Source of the DNA: Podarcis bocagei
Lineage: Eukaryota
Reading direction: 5' to 3' (one strand)
Length of the DNA: 64,000 nt
NCBI GenBank assembly: GCA_964188305.1
Contig: OZ076885.1
The notes under the pieces are model-generated. The model saw only the letters and a list, made by a program, of their open reading frames with translations. It made no database searches and was not told the origin of the DNA. Each line of letters opens with the position of its first letter. Position 1 is the first letter of the stretch. Positions 36,544 to 48,049 of the stretch are shown in pieces. The translations under genes and the position numbers were made by a program.

Positions 36544-37077
36544 GCCTACTGCATGTGTACCATTTGCTTGCCAATATCTCTTGGCTTGAGTTGTGCAGAT
36601 TGACATGGGAAAGTTCCACATGTCTGGACAATTTAATGCTACAATGCTACATGCAATCATACACAGGCTGGGAACTGGCACCGTAAAGGGACACCCCTCC
36701 TGCCCACCCCACCTTCCACTTTAACCAATGTGAATGCTGGAGCCGCAAACATAGCGTGGGCTGCACTGCTCCATCAAGCCTTGCCACTGCTGACAAGGGG
36801 TTAGTGCTGCAGCCGGGTACCAAAGCAAGGATAACTTGATCTCCAAGATCAACAGAAATCAAAATCCAGAGCCCTGGAGCCCAGTCCAATAAATCTCACT
36901 GAGTTCAATGAAATTTACTCCCAAGGGTCAGTGCACAGACAATAAGTGAAACTACCAATTGACTTAACGTTCGCTTTAAAAAAGAGAAAACCCAGTACCA
37001 TCTGAACATTTTGATATACAAAATCTCACTAAACAAGAAACAGAACAAAGACGGGGGGGGGGGGTTGAGGAGCTTGC

Positions 37078-37224
37078 CTGTTAGTCCTAGAGGCAAAGCA
37101 GGTCCATCAGCATCTTCAGACATTTCTTTCTCATCCAAACTTTCACTACTTTCTTCTTTGGGCTCCCCATTAAAGGTCTCTTCTTCCTCAGTGCATTCTT
37201 CCTCCATTTTTGCTTTCTTAGTTT
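37078..37224 (-). CDS. DDX18: DDX18 coding exon 3 (ends at a GC donor)
   Basis: acacag|AA ACT AAG ... LPLGLT G|gcaagc; 147 nt; joins exon 4 to give the conserved LPLGLTGAFEDTSF. Confidence 0.88.
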
Positions 37225-38124
37225 CTGTGTATACAGAATGCACAGAAATCAATCAATGCCAATACCGGACATGTACATATGAACTAGCAGTTTGCAGCAA
37301 GAATCTATACGGCAGTCAGTGTAGTTCGTACATTCATTGAAAGGGCTAGGGGGGAAATTCCACATTGTTGATCTCTGGTTTTGGCATTTAAACTATGGGC
37401 AAAAATGTACTTATGCCACATATAAACCACCACCAAAGTTTCTGCATCTAAGCTGCAAAAGGAGGGAAAAGCTGGTTCTGCACTATGTGGAGTAGTCACC
37501 TAGAAAGCAGAAGAGAACAAAGAAGAAAACAGAGAAGGCAGAATTGTGTTGCTCAATCAGATGAACAGCCAGTTTATCTACTGCTCTTCCAATATGGACT
37601 AACTAAAAAGTCCCAGAAAGTAAGAAGACAGCACTATGGTATTAGCCACTGGCCGCATTCCCACATCATGGAGAACCAGTTTTAGCCTACGAGGCCTCCC
37701 CATCTGCCCTACACATGACATCAGCTGCAGACGAGGTAAGGCTCTGCCTTCAAAGGAGCAATCATATCTTAAAGTGGGCTTGATTGTTGTTTTGCTGTGA
37801 CAAGGTGCATTCCCAACTGCCCATCAGCTGATGAGTGTGCGCCTTGCTCTAGGAGGTGGAAAAGGTTTCCATTCAACAGAAGCTGCTTCTCCCTCCCAGT
37901 GCTGCCCTTTGAAGAAGCTTCACACTTGCAAGGCACTGGTGCTACTTCTTTAAACTTTGAAACCAGACAAGGTAAACTTTGAAACTGCACAAGGCAACTT
38001 ACAAACATAGGACTGGCAATCCCCTTGCACTGTGGTTCCCAAGCACCTAACAGGCAACTGTTGGGCACCTGAGTACCCCATACAAGGCATTTTTACAAGT
38101 GGATAAAAGTAAGAGATATAATAC

Positions 38125-38313
38125 CATTTTCTGTATCAGCCACAATTTTTCTTTTCTTCTTTTTCTTCTTCTTTTTCAACTCAGGCTGTGTGTTTCCAGC
38201 CTCACCATTGTTTGGTGTTACTATAGTCTGTTCCACATCCTCTGTTTTTTGTTCTTCAGCTGCTGCTTCTGAGATGCTGGAAAAGTCTTCCACGATGCCC
38301 TCAACTGTTGCTC
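38125..38313 (-). CDS. DDX18: DDX18 coding exon 2 (acidic region plus poly-Lys NLS-like tract)
   Basis: ttgttag|GA ... AAT G|gtatta; 189 nt, phase 1-1; encodes ELKKKKKKKKRK. Confidence 0.85.
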
Positions 38314-38504
38314 CTAACAAGACAAACAATAATAAATCAAAGCAATGTCTGATACCATTTAAGAAACAACAACAACTTCACACATGAATTTTAAGAGCCA
38401 GATCACATTCATAGCTCCTCTAGTTAATTACTACTGGTGCATACACTCTCTCTATTGGACCCAATGGACAACCTCTTCTTGCTCACAAAAAGTAAGTGTG
38501 CACA

Positions 38505-39485
38505 TGTTTTAGAAAGGATATTGTAGAGCTGGAAAAGATTCGGAGAATGCCAACCAAATACAATCAAGGGGATGGAATGACTCCTCTACAAGGGTTGCAG
38601 CACTTGTGCCATCACAATCTACCGGTAGATCCCTGGCTGATCCTAGTAGATCACAGGATCCTTATCATGCACAAAAAGTTACGGAGCTGTCCGCTAAAAA
38701 ACTCTGTGCAATCCATCCACCCCATGCACTCCTCCTGCCTCCAATGACAATGGGTAGATCACTGCCAGTTTTTTTTTATACTGCGAGTAGGTCACAGTCT
38801 CTCAGGAGTTGGATATGTCTGGTTTAGAGAAAAGGTGAGTGACATGACATGAGTTTATAAAATTACACATGGCATGGAGGAAGTGCATTGAGTTTCTCTC
38901 CCTCTCTCACAACTCTAGAACTCTAAGAACTTGGGGAAGTTGGTGGTAGAGTAACTATCTGCCTTGAAAGCAGAAGGCCCTGCGTTCAGTCCCCAACACC
39001 ATCTCCAGGTAGGGTTGGTAGAGACTCTAGCCTGAAACTCCAGACAACCATTGTCAGTCAGTGTACACAATACTGAGCAAGCTGGTCTGGCTCGATATAA
39101 GGCAGCCTTCCTATGTTCTTATGACATGAAACTGAATGTTGGAAGATTTAGGGTAGACAAAAGAAAGCACTTCCTCATGCAGTGCATAGTTAAAACTATG
39201 GAACTCATTCCCACAGGAGGCAGCGGCTGTCACCAACCCATATGTCCTTAAAAGAGGATTAGACAAATTCCTGGAGGAATCTGCTTCTCCCTCCGTTGAC
39301 CATGATGGCTATGCTCTGCCTCCATGGTCAGAGGCAGCCAAACTTCTGAATGCCAGTTGCCCCCAAACACAGGAGAGCCCTCTTGTGTTCGAATCTTGCT
39401 TTCTCACAGCCCCTTGGTCAGCCACCTTGAGAACAGGATGCTGAACTTACCCGGGCAATGGGCCTGATCCAGCGGGCTGTTCTTA
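38505..39485 (+). mobile_element. decayed CR1 LINE 3' region with nested insertions (DDX18 intron 1)
   Basis: CR1-like segments (aaggatattgtagagctggaaaag; gaaactgaatgttggaagatttagggtagacaaaagaaag; aagaggattagacaaattc) are interrupted by a tRNA-derived SINE at about 38930-39120. Confidence 0.6.
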
Positions 39486-39769
39486 AATACAAGACACTCA
39501 CTGTTGCCCCCTGTACCTGATAGGGGCGCAAAAAATGTGTGTGGGAGGGAGCCACGTATCACCTTCGGGCGCAAATATATTCCTCTTCTCCCAAGCCTTT
39601 GGCTAATTCAATAATCTATTACCCTTTTAAACTGGGGGGGGGGGGGAGGTTGCTGTTTTTGCTCGTTACACTGTTATGTATTTTTTTGCATCTTTATACA
39701 GCCACCCGCCCTGTGACCTCCAGATGAAGGGCAGCGTAGAAATCCAATAAACCAACGCACAAATGAAAC

Positions 39770-40330
39770 AGAAAAAGCCCGTCCCTGGTCTCCTCTCCTT
39801 CCCTCTAGCTTCCCTTCGTGGCGCCCGTGTCCCTGTCTCCCCACCGGCCGCCGTCTTACCGGAGGGCCCGGGGCCCATCGCGCCATCAGCCGCTTGCCGG
39901 GCCAAGTTGCGCTGGCGAATCTTGAGGTTGCGCTTATGGAGCTTCTTGCGCAGCAGCCGCATCGGCAGGTTCCCGGTATTGGCCGCCATGGCTACGGAGA
40001 CCGAACGCCACCGCCGACCCCACGTGCGCAGAGGGAAAGGGAGGCAGGAAAAAGGAAGGAGCAGCCGGAAGCGGCGGAGACCGGCGCACGAGAGCTTCCG
40101 GTGCCCATTCGCTCTCCTCCTTCCGCCCAAAAGGGGCAGGTTGCAGCGGCCTCTAGAGGCTCGGAGGAAGAAGCGCAGGCAGCTGGGAAGTGAAAGCGAG
40201 CAGGGTTCTCCCTGCTTCTCTGCCTCAGAGCTCCGTCTTTCAATGGCAGTTGAGCCAAACGGGGTGGGCAGGTCGCCAGAGAGCAAAGCCACATTCTGCA
40301 GCTGTCCGCTCAAGTCACTGGTGCTACAGA
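39770..40330 (-). promoter_or_regulatory. DDX18 CpG-island promoter and 5' UTR
   Basis: CpG-rich and TATA-less. CACGTG E-box at 40021-40026, ETS/GABP-type CCGGAAG at 40065-40071 and 40095-40101 (inverted pair), and a pyrimidine tract at 40031-40059 on the minus strand. Confidence 0.75.
39860..39989 (-). CDS. DDX18: DDX18 coding exon 1
   Basis: Strong Kozak gccATGG. MAANTGNLPMRLLRKKLHKRNLKIRQRNL matches the DDX18 N-terminus. Donor G|gtaaga, phase 1. Confidence 0.9.
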
Positions 40331-41196
40331 CACACTTACCTGGGAGCAAACCTCGTTGGACTCAACGGGACTGACTTCTGAGCAGACAGACACACGCACT
40401 GGAATGCTTTTGCAGAGCCAAGACGGCATGGCCGGTTTGCTTAGCGATGCTAAGATGCCCTGTGCCATCCCCGTCTGATGCTGCTGCTGATGCTGCCAAC
40501 GGCCATTTTGCATGCAATTTGAGCTCCAATCGAACGGCGCTTTTTGCATTTCGTTGCCCTTTAACCTTAACATTTCTATTCTCTGTGCCCCCGTGAGCGT
40601 AGATCACACTCAATGCATCTAATGAAGTGGGTTTTAACCCACCAAAAAATTATGCTAGGCAGATGAACCCAGCTACCCCTCTGCAAGGTATAATTTCTTA
40701 TCTTCAAGCCCCAGCTATGTAGCAAAGCAGGCCCCAGTATGCACATAAAGCACCAGAGAGGTATGTAAACTGGTTCAAGGACAATATTGTTCAAAGTTCA
40801 CACATATACTGGCAGGAGGCGCTCTTAATATTCATGGGCAAAGTTAATGCAGGCTAATGAATCATTTATGTTTATTATATGAACAATTTTTTTCTTTCAA
40901 AAAGCAAAGGGAACTTTGTGGTTTTTAGGACCAAATGAAAGTATCACAGAATAGTGAGGAAGCTTTTCATAGGCTCATAGAAATGTAGAGGGGAAGGGAT
41001 CCCTAGAGTCTTCTAGTCCAAACCCCTGCAGTCCAGGAATCACAGCTAAAGAACCCCCGACCTCAGGGTCAAAGAAACATACCATGCTAGATTCCGATTT
41101 TGAAAGTGTAAATTGCAGCCGCTATCCAGATTAATCTCCATCCTTAGGAAAAACTTGCAAGGTGATTTTTGTTTTGGTAGGTGGAAAACAGAAATA

Positions 41197-41438
41197 CAGT
41201 GGTACCTCGGGTTAAATACTTAATTCATTCTGGAGGTCCGTACTTAACCTGAAACTGTTCTTAACCTGAGGTACCACTTTAGCTAATGGGGTCTCCCGTT
41301 GCTGCCGTGCCGCCAGAGCACAATTTCTGTTCTCATCCTGAAGCAAAGTTCTTAACCTGAAGCACTATTTCTGGGTTAGCGGAGTCTGTAACCTGAAGCG
41401 TATGTAACCTGAAGAGTATGTAACCCGAGGTACCACTT
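41197..41438. mobile_element. Tc1/mariner (Tigger-like) MITE
   Basis: TA|cagtggtacctcgggtta ... taacccgaggtaccactt|TA. Confidence 0.8.
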
Positions 41439-41813
41439 TAAAGCGAAACTAGACTGCATTCCTCTTCAACTTGGTATCAGCCTGTAACTGCATGGCATGA
41501 GTGAAATGAGTGAAATGGCATAATGTGCCAGTAGCTAGCAAGAGATTCTTGTCCAGGCCAATCATGCAGAAATTGCTGTCTGTTTTGTTAAGGAATGAGG
41601 CTTCAAAAGCACCAGGCAGTGACAGATCACAGAATGTGGTATGGACTGTGTCTCTTTAAGAACTATTTCCAGATTTCAAAGCAAAACTCATTAGATAGTA
41701 TACATGAAATGCAGCACAATAAAAAAGACGACCCAAATTCCCATAAAAAGTGCATATGTACATTTGCAGTTTATGAATACTGTACAGAATCAAATTTAGA
41801 AATAACTACTGTA

Positions 41814-42116
41814 CAGTGGTGCCTCGCAAGACGGAATTAATTCGTTCCGCGAGTTTTTTCGTCTAGCGAAGCACGGTGTCGGAAAAGTTTTGGAAAAGCT
41901 TCAAAAATCACCAAAAACCTCAAAAAAGGCTACAACTTATTAAGTCACAACTTATTAACGGTGTTAAGAAAAAGGAAACAAACTTGCAAGACGTTTTCGT
42001 CTTGCGAAGCAAGCCCATAGGGAAATTTGTCTTGCAAAGCAGCTCAAAAACCACAAAACCCTTTCGTCTAGCGAGTTTTTCGTCTTGCGAGGCATTCGTC
42101 TTGCGGGGCACCACTG
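41814..42116. mobile_element. Tc1/mariner MITE, same TIR family as 3717-4131
   Basis: TA|cagtggtgcctcgcaagacg ... cgtcttgcggggcaccactg|TA. Confidence 0.85.
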
Positions 42117-45100
42117 TAGTGTAAGTAGAAGTAGAGTATATCACTCCACAGTTGTTTAGGGACTAAGCATTGATAGGCAACTTCAGGGCTCTTGCTCTCC
42201 CTTCTTAGGGTTCCCCCCTTTTTTCCTTATTTAAAAAAACCATTATTCTCTTTAAACCAGTCTTTAAAACAGAGGGCTGCCCTCTAAAGCTCATGGATAC
42301 ATGGAAATAGAGTGGAAGTTGGAAGAGAACAGCACAGAGGGATTCTGGGCAGAATGAGGATGGTGAGAGAGGTGAGTCACTCAGAAAAGTGGACCACAAA
42401 ATATAGGCATGCATGCTGTGGATACGAGAAACGCATCTTTATTCTAGCAAATATGGGCAAATGGTGCATGCAAGGATATTGCAGACTCGAAGGTGGATTT
42501 AGGGGAGCGTGACTGGTTTGCCCACACTGGGGCACTGCAGGGCGTGCTGAAACAATGATGAACAACAGAAGGCAAGAGAGGCGGGGGCACTGAATTTTGG
42601 TATAGCACAGGGTGTTACTGAAATTTTAAAGCCTCAAGTCTGCCACTGGCAGACACTAGAGTTACCTAAATACTGACCCAGTTGTTTGGCTGCTATCAAG
42701 TGATGTCATGGGTTTGATTCAACTCAATGTTATTGAGAGATGTGGGCTGGCAGTGGTGATCATGCATTCTAGGTACATGTCTTGCTTTGGCCTTGAGTAT
42801 TTGCACAAGGTTGTGTGGAAAACTGCCTGTAGCTGCAAAACATTCACTAATCATGGCACTGTGGTAGAGGTGTCTCACTGCAATATTTTTGATAGAGGGC
42901 CGATCTGTTTCACTGGTGCTAGACAGACCTCCTGTACCATGAGCTTTTCAGCTTTGAATCGGATTATCAATTTAGGAGTTCTGGCTGCATTCCTGGGATG
43001 AGAGTTGAGCAGCTACTTTTCACTTGGTCAAGTAACTGAATTTTCCAGCTGTTCTTTCAGCAGTTGGCACTGAGTGACCTTTTGTTCTAATGTCACTTCT
43101 TTTAGTTCCCATCAGTCCTATCAAGCCAATATGTTCCACATACTTTTTTGGACAGTAGGTGGTGCAAACAGAACAGTTATTCTGTAATACTTTCATTGTC
43201 ACTAGCCAACAGCAGTGATGTGTTCTTAGAAATCGGAATAATTTATTGCTACCTTTTATATATTACCACTTCTCAATGCAGAAAGACGATGGTTTTAATG
43301 TACAGGAATGAAGAAAAAACGGATTCTTTTTAATGAAACCCAAATACATGCTTATTTTTCTTCCCATGCTTTCTGATTTCTGTTTGGTAAAGTATATATG
43401 AATGATTAAAATATATTAATGCTTTAAAAACTGTTTTAAACTTGTACTAAGTACTTGGAGTTTATAGATTGCTTAAGAAAAACATAAATGTTTTCTCTTG
43501 GCAGGAGGGGAGACTTCAGAAAAGTTTGGGACGACTGGAATGAGTAAGGCTTGTTAGGTGACAACTTTGTAAGAGTAACCTTGGGAATGCATTTCAAGTT
43601 GTCACTGAAGGTAAGAAGCCGCTAATTGGAGGTGCAAATCCTTCATGCAGGCTTCATTCTATCTGGCTTAGAGAGACATTTCAAGCACCACTTGTCACAA
43701 TTTGTGATTCTAAATCTTGACAGTTTGCTGAAGCATCCTTTCCCAAAGGAACACAGGAAGATGTCAACGAATTTAACCTTGCCTGCCTTACAGCAGTGAC
43801 TCTCTTCTATTTGGAGGGCTTGGGAAGCCCATTCAGTAAACCTTGTCGGCTTGAAGAAATTGACCCTTCTGTAATGTCTAACCCTCCAGACCACTTATTA
43901 AAACACATGCAGAAAACCCCCAACAACTACACTATGTCTTCATATTTTTCTAAACCGAGATAGACACATGCTAAATTCAGGTTGAGGGAGTGCAGCTGGC
44001 TTAAGATTTTGGGCCAATTTCAGTTTTCGTCCCAAAAAAGGTGAACCCTATCCCAGAAGGGCCACCAAACTTTTGTGACTATATTGTTGTGTTGCTTTCA
44101 TTGCTGTTGAACAAGTTCGTGTGAATAGTTTGCTGCAAGAATTTAGCACAGTAGGGTCAAGCTTATAAAGAGATCATTTTTTTGCTTCTGCCTTACTGCA
44201 GAGATAGCCAATGAGATGCCTTCAAGATGCTGTTAGATTCCAGCTCCCACAAGCATGACCAGCGATTGCTGATGATCACAGTTATAGTCCAGCAATATGT
44301 GGAGGGAGTAGCAGTGGGGTAGGGTAGCAGTACTCACCTGACCTCTGGATGCTTGCATCACTGCAGCATATTAGGATGGAGAACTGGAAGGTACAAGATT
44401 GGTGCAGTGTAGATGCCAATCTGGCACTTCTGCTTGTGCAGCACACCAGCCTTGCTGCCATTTTGCTGCTCCCCATCCTGCTATGCAGCAGCGATGCAGG
44501 TGACTGGAGGTCAGGTGAGGCCTTCCTGCCCACCCTGTGGTCCACAAGGGCACCATATTGGCTGCCCCTGTCTTAATGCAGCATCTTTTGACTGAGTGCT
44601 AGTGCCAGGCATCCCCTGGACCAAACTAAGCCCCTAAGTGGTACCATCCAGCCCCTTCTAGCTGCCATCTCTAGAGGCAAGTGCAAGGTGATGAACAGTA
44701 TCTGCAGCCATTCACTTCGGAAGCAGGTTGCTTTGGGGCGGGGCCTGAAGCCTCAGCGCAGACTCCAGATTCTTTTTCAAAGTGGCCCTCCAGCAAAGCT
44801 GCAAGACAAGCTGCCAGAAAGTTTCAGAGATTGCCTCAGAATGTCCTCTCAATAGGCCTATCAGCGCACATTCCCTGTAGAGAAGTTTCCCCTGTGGCTG
44901 TCAACACATCGAGAATTTCTGCGGAAACTTGCCAACGGCCAAGGATGATGATATTTTGGAAGATCTTATCTAAGTTGACACATGTCAGTGATTTCTGTTA
45001 GATGGTGAATTTTATCCCCTTGGTATTTTTTCAGCCTGTTTTGTTAATTTGTCAGCTTGCCAGTACCCCAAGACTCAAGTGTGTTAAAACCAGGATAAAA

Positions 45101-47373
45101 TCAACAAGTATTTAACAGTATTTATATGCTGCTTAATCAACAAAAACTTCTAAGCAGTTTATAAAGCAATATAAAATATATGTAAGAAATTATCAATAAA
45201 ATCAAACTTTTGAAACAAACACACATAGGGGAGGGGGGGGGACCAGGTGAGGAGGGGAGAGAATAATACATAAAAGTCTCAAAATGATCTGAAAACCTGG
45301 AACATTTCCATGCCATTTGGGGAGAATTTCTCCTCACTTAAGTAGTAGTGAGTTCTTTGCCTGTATCAATATGTGAAATCTGAACCTTATGATTTATAAA
45401 AATGGTTCTCCTCTTGATCATGCTCAGTGGGCAACAGTTTTTCTTTGATGTACACCCCCTAATTGTGTTTGTTATGCACTTATAATTTCTGTTATTATAT
45501 AATTAATTATAAAATAAAACCAGCATTTTTAAACAAATACACACAATAAAATTACATGTCTAGGCAGACTTGCATAAACAGAAAAGTTTCTAGCAGCTGT
45601 CGTAACACAATGCATTGAACGCCTGCCTAATGGCAATGTATAGGGAATTCCAGAGAGCAGATGCTGCTACATTTTAAGATTGATTTCTTGCAAGTGCAGA
45701 ATGAACATTATGTGGCACTTGTAAAAGTGCCAGTTCTGCACGTCAAAGTGGTCAAGTGGGCAACTATGGGGTAAGGTGATCCTTTAGGTCTACTGGTCTA
45801 CTTAGTTAACTGCACATGATGAACTTGGGGAATGTTGACGTCAAGACAGGCGCATGGTATACTTTTGTGGACAGCTTACTTAAATTTCTGTTCTAAATGT
45901 TTTTCCAATGCAGTTGTCATACTGGCTCACTGCAAACCGTCACTTGCTGATTGTCCACCCCTGAAATGTATAGCTACTTTTTATATTCCTGACCTCTCCA
46001 GCACAAATGCCTTCCCCTCCCCTGTTTACCTGAATTTATGATTTCGTGTTGCATGTAAATTCTAATTCTATGTTAACACTAAACAGGTTAATAATTCATA
46101 ATCAGGATTTGTTTCAAATGCTGGTTATGGCAGCAACCCTGGTTTGTCAGGGAGAGAGTAAACATACCAAAATTTGGTCTCTTCAGACCACCAGGAGGAA
46201 AGTTCCAGTGTCTTCAGGGATGGAGCTTTATCTGACTTTGCTCCCATGACCTGATTTTTCTAGCTTATTAGAAGTGTGCCAGTTAATAATCCAATCAAGA
46301 GCAATTTATCAAATCAAAACTGATGAGTTTGAATTCCAATGTTTATCCCTTACAGAAATCTTTCCGGAGATATTTTCTCTTCTATAACTGGATAGAATAA
46401 TGACTCTTGGAAATTATATTTGCTGATAAGGTAGAAAGGTTGCTACTAAACTCTATTTAAAGATATTGTTTGAAATTCAGATTTAAGGTTGCCAGACACC
46501 CAATGTTTTAATATACATTTGCTTTTGCAATTCCACAATTATTTACAGTGATGTTCAGGGACGCCTATACCTTATTTACATGACTAATGCAGACATATAA
46601 ACTGTTCGAAATGGAGGAATACACAAGACAGAGAACATTTATTGGTTTTCCTATGAGAATTCTAGAATCAAGTGTACTTACTCTTAAGCCCTTTCACATA
46701 AGCCTTTTTCAGTCATTCATTTCATGTAGAATGAATGCACAGGGAATAACATGCAACCAAGTACATTGATTAGAACATCTACAGGAAACCCCATCTGCGC
46801 ATCTGTATACAGGGAGAGCTCTTTACACACACAAAACTGGAAAGATTTGTTAAGTATAATTCTTTAATTCACACTGAAATGGAGAATACCTGAATGTGTT
46901 TAACATGGGGATTTTTCCATGGGTTAGGGTTACCACTATATAGTTGTTCTCTGCTAGGTCTGACTTGGTGTTTAACCTTAGATCAGGTGATTACGGTATT
47001 GAATTGCAAACACTCCACTTTGAAGGGAGTTGCCTTGGTCTTTTGTTTCCAGTCAAAGTGGGAATAAGATGTGATAATGGAGCTCACTCCAGGAGCCTCA
47101 GGTTAGAATGGGGAAGAGACAGCGTTTTGATCTCAATCCTGTTTGAAGTTATTTCTAAGATGCTGAGTGTGTGCTGGACATGCACATGATCTTATGGAAC
47201 TGTTTGGATTTACTGTTATGAAACTGTTTAATTTTACTGTTTTTTTCATACTGTTTTGAAGAAAGTTCTGCAAGTCAAGTTTTTAATCAAACTTAATGGG
47301 TCTGGACAATGTTTCCCACAAAAAGGAATAAGTTTTTATGCATCCAGTTGCTTCATGCTGCACAATTTTAATA

Positions 47374-47709
47374 CTGTATTGGCCTGAATATAAGCCTCAC
47401 TTTCCCCCCAAATTCCAACCGTGAAAAGTTAAAGTGTGGCTTATATTCGTGACCTTACGGTATGCAGCCAGGAGCATGGGGCAAACAGCTCCAGGTGTCC
47501 CCCGTCCTCTCCCCCAAGGCTGGGAAGGGAGAGGGCAAGGAAGGGGAAAGGCCGCAGGCAATGCAACATGCCCCGCGCCCAGTATGCACCCAGGAGTAGC
47601 GAGGAATGGAGCAGCTTATATTAGGGAATTTTTACTTTTTTCCTCTCCCCCCCCCCATTTTAAAGGTGCAGATTATATTCTGGTGTGGCTTATATTCGGG
47701 CCAATATGG
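47374..47709. mobile_element. Tc1/mariner (Tc2/pogo-like) MITE
   Basis: TA|ctgtattggcctgaatataagcc ... ggcttatattcgggccaatatgg|TA. Confidence 0.8.
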
Positions 47710-48004
47710 TATCTGCAATAATCCTACCATGAGATGGCTGTAAAAGGAGCCTATAATAATAACAATTTATTCTTTATACCCCGCCTAGCGCTACAAGGCA
47801 GACAAATCCTACAAAGTCATCGTACAAAGAATGAATAACTGAAAAGGGGTTGTGTAAAAGGGAGTAGTGAGGGGAAACCTATGTCAGCCTGAGGGCTGCA
47901 TTCCATTCTTGACAATCTTTGGGGTGAGGGGGCGGGCACATGCCAGCAGTGGGCAGGGGCAGAACCAATGAATGCTAATGTTATATTCGTACAGAAGGTT
48001 TGTT

Positions 48005-48049
<45 letters not shown>

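Noticed and set aside
24027-39859. Intronic snoRNAs in DDX18
   Set aside because: I found no convincing C/D pair with a terminal stem and no H/ACA architecture by eye. An Rfam scan would be needed to exclude them.
39990-40374. Long ORFs on both strands across the DDX18 CpG island
   Set aside because: These are GC-rich island artefacts. DDX18 similarity begins at the Kozak ATG at 39989.
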